Shown here: positions 51,001-64,000 of the stretch, in pieces
Layout: every line of letters begins with the position of its first letter
Position numbering within the stretch: position 1 is the first letter of the stretch
Source: Paramecium tetraurelia
Taxonomy: Eukaryota
DNA length: 64,000 nucleotides
Assembly (NCBI GenBank): GCA_000165425.1
Contig: CT868407.1
Span: forward strand, 1-64,000
Direction of reading: 5' to 3'
The notes under the pieces: model-generated
Told to the model about the DNA's origin: nothing
Seen by the model: the letters and a program-made list of their open reading frames with translations, nothing else
The model's database searches: none
Made by a program: the position numbers and the translations under genes

Positions 51001-53762
51001 TATTGGACTGTGAGTGTCTAAGATATTGTAACATTATATGTCGTGATATTTGATCTCTGGATAGATTTAGCTGGGCAACTACAATATTTACAATTATGAT
51101 TTACAAAAAGATCTAAAACGTAGAAGTATAACCTGGTCACACTTGAACTATAAAGAATAGTGATAAAGTAATTAATTCTCTCATTTTTAATAGGTCCTTG
51201 AAGAATGTAAATTTGCACGATGTTATCATTTGATTTCATTTCTGTGATGCTCTGACATCGTTACTATCTAATAATTGAATTTTTATTTTGGCAAAATACT
51301 ATACTAATAAGATTAATAAGAGGTTTTTACATTGAATCTTTGTATTGTACTGCTATGTCAAAATATTAAAACTATTTGTAGTAATCAACTTGACTCAAGT
51401 ATTTTTGGAGATCTTTATACTTCTCTTCAACGCACTGTTAAATTTCAATATTTATGGGGAACTACTTTGAGAAGCTTTCCTAAAAGAATAGTCATTTACA
51501 AGTAATACGTATTGCTTAGCATTAATGATACAAGTTTTATTAATAATGATGGCTTCATTATTTATTTAATTGTCTATACTATTAGAGTAGGTCAATAGGA
51601 TCTCGACTATTCCAAAGATGTTGGAAGTAATAAATATGTTTTTGTTTACAGCACTCAAAACATTGAACACTTATCTTGTCTGATGCTTATTTTTATAGAG
51701 TTGATTTTCTTTTATGATTGCCTTGTGATTTTAATAATAGGGATAATATTTGCTCACATTGTAATTGGGAACATAGTTGAAATTTAACAATGGACCCATA
51801 ATCTATGAAAAATCTATAAAGCAATTACGCCTTCAAATAAGTCGATCGAATTTATGATTTCTTGGAATACGTAAATGTCTTTGCTTATTGGACACAAGGT
51901 CAAACTCTGCTAATCTTTCTCATCGAGCTTATGTATTTAAGCAATCAGTTGGAAATTGCTATCTCCCAATTTGATAAAGCATAGGATGATAAATCTTTAG
52001 AATGTCATCAGTGCATATTTGTATGTGTTCTGGGATTGATTGAATGCCATGTATCCACCTGATATATTAAAGGAGATCTTGATAATAATAATTGAAGTGT
52101 CTTACAATGATTGGACTGATTTACTGATTGTAAGTTTAAGTTAAGTTATCCTGTCCCAACTAATAAGATACATTCATTTGTCTAAATATCAATAGCATAA
52201 TTGTACTTCTCAAACAGCGTAATGACATTGATTTTCTGATCGAAGTAATTATACAATAGAATGAAATTTCCGAATTCTATTTAATTTAGACTCTAAAAGA
52301 AATTCTGAAACTAATTAAAAGTGCTTGATTAATAATAAACTGTTTTGTATTCTGAATTCAAGTAAAAGATCTTCAAAATGTTTTTGGTTTCTCCAGGAGC
52401 TTACTTTGAACATTATAAGTTAGGTTTTTAATAGAACGGAGAAATCTATTGAGCAAATGGAGAATCAGTCATAATCACAGCCAAATATTGACTGGTGATA
52501 GACACATCAACTAAGAGATAGCCAGGCTCGAAAATCTCTTTATAACTAAGAGTAAAGTAGTTTTGGGATTGATAAGATCTTTCCAGATAGATGATGAGGA
52601 CAGCCAAATTGTTTCCAGTCACAAGGACTACTTCGTCATTGAGATTTTGCACTTATCTGATTTGGTTTGGCTAATACACTATAAAATATCGAATTCAATA
52701 CGCTCAATCAGTGTGCTCTTGCAAAGTATATTATAATGAGATGCATAGATCTCCTTGACGTTGCATTTGCAAATTTTGGGAGAAAACTGAAACAAAAATC
52801 CAACGTTCCAGGTTTAATTATCATATCCATTTATCATTGAATTTATAAATATCTGTTCTATCATTATATTCGGATCCAAATTGCAAGATTATATATCTGC
52901 AGTAGTTGCTTAATAGGCCTGCAAATGCAAGGTACTGTTTTCCCTAAATACTATTTCATGATGAATAATTAAAAATTCGTTTGTAATTGCCTTTTGATTG
53001 AATAGACTAGGACAATATTATATAAATTCAAATTTTATCTCATTAGCAACATCTAGGATATTTGCATTGATGGTTTTTCTGAATTGACATTTGGTAAGGA
53101 AATTCTAGTTTTCCTCATCTTCGTATGAATAGTAATAGTAGGTGTTATAAGCGAAGTTCTCTATAATTAATGTTTGCTCGTCAAATATTAAATCAAAAAT
53201 AAGCACTGTGGTGTTATTATTTAGATTACAATCCAATCCAAATTAGTTATCTTTTCGTAATTGGAATATGGAATAGCAAGAAATATTTAAAAAATTTTCA
53301 TCCAAATCTTACAAATCTTTGTGCAAACTGTTTTAGACCTGGACTATTTTATCATTACTTTGATTGTAAAATAGGAGATCTATCGTGGTTAAACTCAAAT
53401 AGAAACGAGCAGGTTGGTATAAAGGTCCCCATTCATCAATTGGACAAAATGCTGACCTAAGATGCCATCAACATCTTACTCTATGGATTAGGATGTATTT
53501 TCTATAAAAGGAGTGATTTTAAACGTCAAATTCTAGTTTGTGGAGTTTACATTACTAAAGCTTGTGTTTTCTAAGACATCTTTCGAATCAAATAAGTCGA
53601 TTGTAAATGATTCATAATAAGGAGCTATCACAAAAACTGGCGAATTTTTATTGTAACTAGCATTTATTCATTATTTTACAAATCAGTCAATATAACTTTG
53701 CTTTCATTTCTATTCACACAATAGATGCCTACTATAAAATTTAAGAAAATTAGAATAAGCAT
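48041..53762 (-). CDS. Very large type-I membrane/surface protein (~1800 aa), function unknown
   Basis: Signal peptide MLILIFLNFIVGIYC, a long ectodomain interrupted by short introns, C-terminal TM LAWFWAILSLLLLLILTVIIIAVYGFC and a short tail ending VDELSD*. Continuity was only spot-checked, so this could be two genes. Confidence 0.65.
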
Positions 53763-54039
53763 AAAAAATATTTAATAATTGTGACATAAATTCATATGTT
53801 TTGGTTGAGTCTGCAATGCAAAATTTAAGTTATATTCCTTATCACAAATATCTTGCAATCAATTTATGAAACTAAGAGACAATATTTATAATTGATTAAT
53901 CTCTAAAAAAAGAATCAAATTAACTCACTTTGTTCTAAAATATTATATAATTTTAAGTTTATTAAAAGGTCAGATTAACACTTTGACATTGCAATTGTTA
54001 ATACTGATTATACTCTTAACAGTTTTTATTTATAATAAT

Positions 54040-55462
54040 ATGAAAATAAAATCAAATAAGGCAAGTTAAAAAAACAAAAAGTCTACCTCCACTACCATCT
54101 CCTCTGATTTATTGGATATCACATATATTTGTCCGAGAATTCTGGCTATGTCATTCCCTAATGATGGAAATTCAGAACACAAAAACAAAATAGTTGATGT
54201 AGCATTAATCTCTATTGTGATTAGGTTGCTCAATATCTGCAATAACGTCATCATAATGATTATCAGATTTATAATTTGAGTGGGTTGCAATACGATCATA
54301 CAAAATTCAAAGGAAAAATTTACACTTTTGTATATGATGACCCTTATTATTTTAGCCATGGGAAGAGAAGTCTACACCTAATTTGGGATACTTGTTTATG
54401 TTGTGTAAGCACATTGACGATTTTTTATCATGTATTTTAAGAATCTATTCCAAGCCAAACTATCAAACGTGATTGTTGTACATTGCATTAACGGAATTGG
54501 AAGAACTGGAACTGCAATTTGTTGTTATCTGTTGTACAGTGGTCGCTTCTCCAATGCTGAAGAGGCCTTGTTTTATTATGATAAATAGAAACATTTGAAA
54601 GGCGGTGGAATCACTATGCCCTCATAACTAAGATATGTGAAGTACTTTGAAAAGTTAGTTTTATCAGTTAATAACTAGAATATTATTCTAAAGGAATATT
54701 TACCCACCTATCAAATACTTGACTTCCATAGTTATCCATGGCATTCCAGATATCCAAGATAAATAATGTAAACCATTTTTAGAAATCTACACTTATGAAA
54801 AGTCTTGTAAGACCTTGAAATACACTGATAAACTGGAGGTAATATTGATCTGAGGCGTAGTACAAAGATTAAAAGAAGGCTAAAGATTTAATGTTGAAAG
54901 ATATTGAGTTAATTAGAATTAATATAGGCAAGCCTTTTTTGGCTATTGGAGACATAATGATTAAATTTAATCATAATGGTATTATAAAATACAATAATGA
55001 GGCCATTTTGAAGTAGAACCAATGTTTCGAGTTTCCTTTAATACTGCCTTCATTGAGGACAAGTAAAATTATATTCTAAAATAGCAAATTGATTCTAAGG
55101 ATTGAAGAGTTGGATCCTTTCAAATTGCAAAAGGATGATAGATTTCCTGCTGATTTGAGAGTAGAGCTTCAGTTTAAGGATTTCTGTAAATGCACAAATG
55201 AAATATAATTTAATTAAAGGTGTAAAAGCTGTTTAAACTTATCCAAACAACTTTGCCCTGATTGGGAACTCATCTAAAACATTCTCAATGATTACATTAA
55301 GCATAGTGTTGAAGAGTCATAGATCTTATTATTTGGAGATGCTGCATTTGATAATCTCAATGAGATAAAATACCAAACATGTAAAATAATCCCTATAAAT
55401 AAATAGTTTCAGGAGGACGTGCTCGTACTGATATTATTAAAGATACCGATGATGACTTTTGA
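54040..55462 (+). CDS. PTEN-like phosphatase (phosphatase + C2 domain) with a divergent active site
   Basis: LDITYICPRILAMSFP, YQIYNLSG, VIVVHCINGIGRTGTAICCYLLYSG, PSQLRYVKYF, C2-region CKPFLEIY, IGDIMIKF, MFRVSFNTAFI, ELDP. Confidence 0.88.
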
Positions 55463-56228
55463 ATAAATATATATATATAAATAATTATCAGAGACAAGAT
55501 TGTTTGCTAATCAAGGGAAAATCATAATTACCCAATAGACATCATTTATTAAATAAAAATTATATTAATTAATTAAATCAGATTTTAAACACTCTCCTTA
55601 TATTCACAAAATAACTCTATAACTTCAAGAATCTATTATTGCTAAATGCAAACAATTAACTGATTGTGAAATGAATTTCAAGTAATGTTCTAGCTTCCCT
55701 CCATTTTATCATTTTGTAATTAATAATAAATAAGTTGATTCTATTTAATTTCTCTATGAACTATCGTCAAGAAACTCTAATTTCTACATCATTATAAAGA
55801 ATTTAACATCTGCATTTAAAAGCGAATTTATATATATAACGTTATATTCTAAATAATTTTAACACTTATCCATAGCTCCAATGTTCTTTAGTTCTAAATT
55901 TCATTTAATATGTTAATAGGCTTGGCAACTTGATACAAAATTAATTTCATTATACATTTATTAAAAAATGGTCAATCTCAATATCTTTTGTCTACTAAAT
56001 CTATAATAATTTCTGAATATTATATTATCCCAGGCATACATTATCCATTAATAATTTGAATATAAAGTGATGGTATTATTTAAAAAAATGAATCAATAAA
56101 GGATTTGCTGAAAGGTTGCCAAAAAATACTTTTTTTGAATTTTTTTACTATTATTTTTAGAATTCTGTTTTTATCCTCGAAGTATGGTAGAATACTATGC
56201 TTAGAGTTAACAACTCCCAAAAATTAGT

Positions 56229-58011
56229 TCATTATTATTATTATACTTATTATGATGATGAAATATTATCAGTTTTTTAAGAGGGTACATAGACGAGTTC
56301 ATAATTCTCTTACAAATATTTTTCATCATCGTTTTCATCATTGTCTTCTACAACCTATTCCACAACTACTTTTTCTGCTGGATAATTTCTTCGCATATCC
56401 TTTCTTCCTCTATAAAAGTTAGCCATTTGTTCTTCCTTCTTTCTTCTTCTCTCAATTATTTACTTCTTCTTCTCTTCATCTTTCTAATTCGTTTATCTTT
56501 ATTCTCTAAGTTTCAATTTAAATAATATACTTCTTTTTTTGATTAATTTTCTTCTCTGCATCCAGATAATCTTACTTAGATTTCATGAGAAATTGTAATT
56601 TGTACTCTGATAGTTCTAAAACTATTTTTTCGAGTGACTAAGCAAAAATAATATTAAATATCGATTACATATAAAGTAGATTTTAGTAACTTTGAATCAG
56701 TGCCTAGTTTTTTGATTAAAGGGTCTTACTCTTTTTTAGAGACATCCGAGTAAATTTCTATTATTCGTTTTCCTATTTGATCCATGTCCAGGGTTTCACC
56801 CTCTGCAAATTCTAATTTGTTTTAATCAACTTTTTCTTGTTTTTTTAATTCCTGTTGATACTATTCATGCATAACATATTGTTTCTCCAATAATTTTAAC
56901 CGTTATTCATTTTCCTTTTGATGAATTAGAAAGATCTCCCTCGATTGTTCAACCTCCCTCCTTCTTTATTCCATTTCTTCCTCTGCATCTCTTTGATTCT
57001 GCATATTTCTTAGATTCCCTTCCTCAATCGCATCCAAAATCTCTATCACAATATCTGCCATTTTATTTTGCTTATATTCAAATTGCAATTACTCCAATTA
57101 TTCCTTTGATCTTGATTCAGATTCTACAACGTTAACTCCAGTTAAGAACAATGTCTTTTTATAATTAGATAGAGATTAGGGCATGGCGATATCTCTCTCT
57201 ATCTCTGAGAATTTGGTTTTATAGTGTTACTAAGATAATATGAAGTGTGAAGATTACTTTGATTTTTTCTAAGAATTATCTGTATTTATCTAATTTATCG
57301 TATTCATCTTAGAGCTTGCTTTTCTATAATTTCAATCTATCAATTTAGGCTAATATCCTGGCAACTTCAACCTTGACTTCCTCCTTCCTCCTCATTTCTT
57401 TATCAGCTAAAATTGCAGCTTGATCAGCTTAAGATTTAACTTCACTCATAAACCTTTTGACTAATTCGCAATCATTTTTAAAATATAGTTTTCTCGCTTG
57501 CAGAGATTCCTGCTCATTTTTAATGAAATCCTCAAGTCTGTTGGTTTCTTCCTTTTTTGTTATAATATTTAGATTTGTTAAGCAAATTTCTCTTTTCTTT
57601 TCAACAAAATCCTAAAGAGTTTCTTTTTTTTCGTTCAATATGCTCCTTATTTTATAACCTTTCTATAGGGAATCTTAGTAATTTTTTTCAAGCATCCTTG
57701 GATTAAATTGTTTCAAATGACATGAAATTGGATCTGGTTTCAAATTGTAACTTTTAGATTTCAAATCCTAAGAGAATACAAGATGTCTATCCACTGCTAA
57801 TTTCTCAGCTTAATCTAAATAAAATCAATTTACTCTACTCTTCTAATTTTCTCAACAATCCATATCTACCTGCAGATTTACCCATATAAAGTTAAGTTAA
57901 TCTTGTCTACTATTATTAATCATTCTCTTCATCGACTTCATTTCTATTGTGTTCCAAAGAATTCGTAAACTTCTTGGGATCCCTTTCGAATTCAAATGGA
58001 TTATCAATCAT
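56229..58011 (-). CDS. CFAP100/CCDC37-like (DUF4200) ciliary coiled-coil protein
   Basis: MIDNPFEF, ETLQDFVEKKREICLTNLNIITKKEETNRLE, IEEGNLRNMQNQRDAEE, and a C-terminal GRKDMRR motif. Confidence 0.75.
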
Positions 58012-58039
58012 ACAATATATTAAGTATATAAACTCAGAA

Positions 58040-59209
58040 TCACTTTTTTATTTATTGAAATCTTCTCCTGCATTCATTGTCTGTTCTTTTTAGCTTTAAA
58101 CTGACCACACTCCATGCATTTCCATATTTCTGATTCAAACTCAATAATTCCTAATCTTCCTCTTCTGTCCATGGTCTTATTTCTAACTCAGGATCCAAAA
58201 CATTACACCACCTTTCTCGTATTTATACCTCCGTTCTATTTTTGAAAAACTAATGCAGTTTATTCCATTATCCAACTCCAAAATAGTCGACCAATATTAT
58301 TAATTTTAGGTCTTCTAAGATTTTCCATCTTTGTCTTTTTATGTTCTTATTTAAAAATTTGAACCATCTTTCCCTCAATTGAATTGAGGTCTTTGTTGTT
58401 ATAAGTTTGGCCAAATAAGCCCACTAATTATCACCTATCATCTAAACTAATTCTACAAGCTTATTATCTTCCTATAATGTAAATTAATTGTTGTACAATT
58501 AATGATATCTCTTAAGCCAAACTCTATAAATTTCTATTGCTTCAATACTATTCTAGTCACTTGTATATATATTTAATAATTAAGTTGCATGTATTGGCAA
58601 GAGAGACCATTAAATTTCATGCCCTTCGCTCGGCAAACAATTTACAACTTCCTTTATAATTAATTCTCTTATTTAAGTATTCTTTGGTTAGATTGCTTGT
58701 GTCAAAATATTTTATTTTTATTTCTTTTTACATTGTTACCTAAATCTTGGAGATGTATAATCCAATTTCTTCAGTTTTAAATCTTTCTTTTTTAAATCTT
58801 AAATTAATTTGACATAATGAGGAGGATTCTCTTACTTTAGCATCTCAAAATCGTTAACAGCATATGAAAATATCTTCCTTTGCTTTGAATCATGCAGTAT
58901 TTCCAAAGTTAAATAGGCTGAGCATTTCTCTTTAAAATTGATTTCTTCTTCCTATTTTGGGATTGTTTACAATATTTGATCCAGTTATAGTATTTGCTAT
59001 TATTTCTTTGCAATTTTTCTTTCAAGGTATTATTTAAATTATAAGAGTGATTTCTAATATTCTTTATTTTTTTGCAATAATTTAGAACCTGTCTTATTTT
59101 CATAGTCATTCTATTGCAATTGATGATATTCGATTTTCAAATCGTCATCTTTTTATACATTAAATATGTTTTCGTCAGCAGATCCTTCCTCTTGATCTTC
59201 AAAATCCAT
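58040..59209 (-). CDS. Multi-repeat Myb DNA-binding protein (SNAPC4-like arrangement possible)
   Basis: Consecutive Myb repeats: FTLQEDNKL..WAYLA..QLRERW, WKILEDLKL..WNKL..RTEVQIRERWCNVLDP, WTEEEDQELL..GNAWS..RTDNECRRRF. Confidence 0.85.
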
Positions 59210-59242
59210 AATATAATTTTAATATTATTATAATTATATAAA

Positions 59243-61000
59243 TCATTTTTTCTATTTCTTTTATTTTTTAGATTTCTTCTCTACTTTCTTATCAGAAGTA
59301 TCAATTCTCCTTCTCCATCCTGGTGAAATGTATTATGTCCAATCTTTTGTAAGAGTCTCACCTTTGCAAACTTTCAAATTGTCTTTAATGCTGTTATTTA
59401 ATAAACAATACAAGTATTAAGGCTAAATATAAATGAAATAATACAGTATCACCACTAAGCCCAGTTCCTGAATTCTAATTGAAATCAAATTTCTTGACTA
59501 ATTCAGGTTCTGTAAATAATCGCTCAGTGATTGCTTGCAAATCAGATGGATACATTGTTGTTACTCCATATTCAGAAAGAAAATCGAAAGCAATGTCCCA
59601 TTTTAAAATAGCATCCTTGCCAATATAATTGTATTTATCCAAATTTAAACGATATTCATAATAGTTTATTGGTATCATTGTTTTTGCATCGACTATAAAC
59701 TTCCTAAAGCTGGGTAATTTATTATTATATGTAGTTAATGAGGAACTTATATAAGCAATATTCATTGGTTTTCCATTTTGATCTTTGTACAAATTATAAA
59801 ATTCTCCATGAGCATGCCCATAAATTTATCCTCTAACTATGTAGGCATATCTTTCAACTAAAGCATTAAATCTTTTAGCCCAAGGCACCATGCATTCTTA
59901 TGTGAAAATATGAGCAGTAAAATAGACAGCTTAATCTTTTTATTCTGATTTCTTCAACTCTTATTCAGCCCAATCTAAGAATCCAGTTGGATCTGTTGGG
60001 TCTTTAAGAAGATACCAATTGTCTGGATTACATATTTGTGAATCAAAGGCAATAACCTTAAGATTGTCAAACTCTTTAGCATAAAATCCATTTTCTTTGA
60101 AAAATTATGCAGTTTCATCCCCAAGCCAATCTCTCCACATATTTGAAAATTCAACCCTTAAATTACTATCCTTATCAGTCATATAATCATATTAATCAAC
60201 TGGAAACATTTCGTGGTTTCCAACTTAAGGTATTATAGGTATTCCTAAATTAGCTTTCTTAAAAATTTCTGTAATATTCTTTTTGAATTAATAATATTAT
60301 ATTCTCTTCCTTACTTCCAAACATCATGCTGAACATTATCTCCAGTCCAAAATAAGAATGTTTTCTTATCTGGGTTTATTACATCAGTTTTTAAGAAATT
60401 TACAAATTATTCAAAAGTTCTTTCTGGTAAATCACAGACTGCAGCACTTCCCCAGTATCCTGCTTTTTTAGGATTATAATCTTTAAGTTTAAAGCCTTCT
60501 CTACAACATAATGGTTCATCACAATTTTAAGCACTTCCTTCTTTATAAAATAAATCCGTATGTATATCACTTACATGAATGATTTCAATAGTATCAGTTC
60601 CATCAATTTCTGGCCATTATGTATTTTCTGGTTTATCTTTTAGAATATTTGAAATGTAATCTTCAAGTTTCAATTCTTCATACACTTTAGGACACCATTT
60701 AATTAATGGACAAATGAAATCTTCATCTAAAAATCTTGTTTAAATTCCTTCAAAAATAACAGGTGTCATTTCATGAATAGCTCCTTTGCAAACAGAATAC
60801 TTTTCTATATTAGAATAAGCACAATATCCTTCAGCAATAAGTTCCAAAAACCAGACAATCGACTTATCCCAAAAATGTTCAACTTTTTGAATTGTATGAA
60901 CAAAATGATGGCATTATTTGCAAAAAAATTTCTCTTGCTATGTTAAACTAGAACTAAAGCCTATACTGCAAAGTATCAACAATATTATGTATTTATTCAT
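59243..61000 (-). pseudogene. Acid sphingomyelinase-like gene, copy 1, with a frameshift as assembled
   Basis: Signal peptide, saposin-B Cys pattern, IHVSDIHTD, WTGDNVQHDVW, GNHE, AHI, GHAH. The frame breaks at the T5 run 60280-60284 and the shifted frame stops at 60179-60181. This may be a sequencing error. Confidence 0.7.
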
Positions 61001-61554
61001 TATTTATATATTAACATCGTACTTATCTTATGACATATTATATCAAGTAACCTGAAAATTAAAACATTTAGCATACAATTAAGATATGAACTTATTATGA
61101 TATTAAGATACAGAAAAGTAAGCATTATATAATATATAGTTCAAATAACATAAAAAAACTTATATTCTTATTATGTTATATTTGAAGTAAGCTTATCTCA
61201 GATGAATTTAATCTAAATTAGCATAGGAAAATGAATCACAATTCGACCGCTAAAATTGGAGCAATATAATAAATATTTGCTTTGAAAAATTAGGATATTA
61301 ATTCTCATTCTTGTTATTATAATTGATTCTATAATTTCTTAATATAACATCATTTTACTAACTTGATATGATATCATAAATATTATTAGCACATTACTTT
61401 GGTTCTAAGGAAAATTGGGTATTTATAATAGAAAACATCTCAATTTATTAGTTGTTATTTTGAAAAATAACTTAGACAAAGTGAGCATTATAAAATATTT
61501 TGAATCTATTCAAAACTTATATCATGCATATTTAAATATTTATATTATTATTTA

Positions 61555-63310
61555 TCATTATTTCTATTTCTTTTATTTTTTATGCTTCTTAGATTCTTTC
61601 TTTGACATTTAAACCATTCTTTTTCTCCACCCAGGAGATATATATTCAGTCCAATCTTTTTTTAATGTTTCTCCTAAACACAGATGTAAGTCATCATTAA
61701 TGCTGTGATTTAGTTTACAATATAAATATTTAGCCTATAATTTATTTAATAATTTTTACAGAATCTCCGCTGATACCAGTACCAGAATTAGAATTGAAAT
61801 CAAATTTCTTGACTAATTCAGGTTCTGTGAATAATCTTTCGGTAATGGCAAACAAATCTGCTGGGTACATTTTTGTGGCTCCATATTCAGAAAGAAAATC
61901 AAATGCTATATCCCATTTCAAAACAGCATCCTTTCCAATTTAGTTATATTTATCTAAATCTAGACGATATTCATAATAGTTTATTGGAATCATTGTTTTT
62001 GCGTCTACAATAAACTTTCTGAAACTTGGTAATTTATAGGTGTATGTAGTTAATGATGAACTTATATAAGCGATGTTCATAGGTTCTCCTTTTTAATCCT
62101 TGTAGAGATTGAAAAATTCTCCATGAGCATGTCCATATATTTATCCTCGAACAATTTAAGCATATCTTTCAACCAAAGCGTTAAATCTTCTAGCCCAAGG
62201 AACAAGACAGCTTGATGTATATATATGAGCAGTAAAATAGACAGCTTAATCTTTTTATTCTGATTTCTTCAACTCTTATTCAGCCCAATCTAAGAATCCA
62301 GTTGGATCTGTTGGGTCTTTAAGAAGATACCAATTGTCTGGATTACATATTTGTGAATCAAAGGCAATAACCTTAAGATTGTCAAACTCTTTAGCATAAA
62401 ATCCATTTTCTTTGAAAAATTATGCAGTTTCATCTCCTAACCATTCTCTCCACATATTAGAAAACTCAACTCTTAAATTACTATCCTTATCAGTCATATA
62501 ATCATATTAATTTACAGGAAATGCTTCATGATTTCCAATTTATGGAATGAATGTTATACCTAAATCGCCTTTAGTGAATATTTCTGTTATTCTTCTTGAA
62601 TTCTTAATATTATATTCTCTTCCTTATTTCCAGATATCGTGTTGAACGCTGTCTCCTGTCCAAAATAAAAATGTTTTCTTATCTGGATTAATAACGTCAG
62701 TTTTCAGGAAATTTACAAATTATTCAAAGGTTCTTTCTGGTAAATCACAAACTGCTGCACTTCCCCAATATCCTGCCTTTTGATCAGTATCTTTCGCCTT
62801 AAATTCTTCTCTGCAGCACAATGGTTCATCACATTTGGGCAAAGTTCCTTCTTTATAGAGTAAATCTGTATGAATATCACTTACATGAATGATTTCAATA
62901 GTATCAGTTCCATCAATTTCTGGCCATTATGTATTTTCTGGTTTATCTTTTAGAATATTTGAAATGTAATCTTCAAGTTTCAATTCTTCATACACTTTAG
63001 GACACCATTTAATTAATGGACAAATGAAATCTTCATCTAAAAATCTTGTTTAAATTCCTTCAAAAATAACAGGTGTCATTTCATGAATAGCTCCTTTGCA
63101 AACAGAATACTTTTCTATATTAGAATAAGCACAATATCCTTCAGCAATAAGTTCCAAAAACCAGACAATCGACTTATCCCAAAAATGTTCAACTTTTTGA
63201 ATTGTATGAACAAAATGATGGCATTATTTGCAAAAAAATTTCTCTTGCTATGTTAAACTAGAACTAAAGCCTATACTGCAAAGTATCAACAATATTATGT
63301 ATTTATTCAT
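61555..63310 (-). CDS. Acid sphingomyelinase-like phosphodiesterase, copy 2 (saposin B + metallophosphoesterase + C-terminal domain)
   Basis: MNKYIILLILCSIG, CKQCH..VCKG..FIC, IHVSDIHTDLLY, CDEPLCCR, AGYWGSAAVCDLP, WTGDSVQHDIW, GNHEAFP, DPTDPTGFLDW, GHAHGE, PSFRKF. One 3' intron. Open frame. Confidence 0.92.
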
Positions 63311-63340
63311 TTTTATTATTTATATAATTACGTCATTTTA

Positions 63341-64000
<660 letters not shown>

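Noticed and set aside
55500..56220. Coding-like minus-strand fragments
   Set aside because: Interrupted by multiple TGA stops with no recognisable motif, so at most a decayed gene.
58009..58045. Possible in-frame fusion of the Myb gene with the CFAP100-like gene
   Set aside because: Counting the T6 run gives ATA AAA AAG TGA, so the Myb frame stops at 58040-58042.
20901..63310. Functional cluster of lipid-signalling genes (synaptojanin, C2 proteins, PTEN-like, sphingomyelinases)
   Set aside because: They are spread over 40 kb among unrelated genes, and these families are large in ciliates, so co-occurrence is expected by chance.

Overview
This is AT-rich, gene-dense eukaryotic DNA from a ciliate macronuclear chromosome, almost certainly Paramecium; the species cannot be determined from the sequence. 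Genes read correctly only with translation table 6 (TAA/TAG = Gln, TGA = stop) and are split by tiny 20-33 nt GT..AG introns. The supplied standard-code ORF track is therefore mostly fragments or wrong-strand artefacts. The first ~5 kb holds decayed, frameshifted members of the Paramecium NACHT/pentapeptide/WD40 family. About 27 tightly packed genes follow: RPB2, RACK1, FSH1-type serine hydrolase, CNBD K+ channel, synaptojanin-like phosphatase, RTEL1/FANCJ-like Fe-S helicase, mitochondrial uL3, tandem CCCH protein, a LamG/Rdx/CHORD-like multidomain protein, casein kinase 1, a C2 protein, a large type-I membrane protein, a PTEN-like phosphatase, CFAP100-like, multi-Myb, two tandem acid sphingomyelinase-like genes and ETF-alpha (partial). 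The most interesting signals are: (1) a candidate box H/ACA guide RNA just downstream of RACK1, with a pocket that may fit U2 snRNA; (2) patchwork identity plus a frameshift in the sphingomyelinase pair; (3) a PTEN-like enzyme with a non-canonical P-loop; (4) substitutions at normally invariant RPB2 positions; (5) the LamG-Rdx-CHORD-like architecture. All coordinates were derived by manual translation and may be off by a few bases. No database searches were run.
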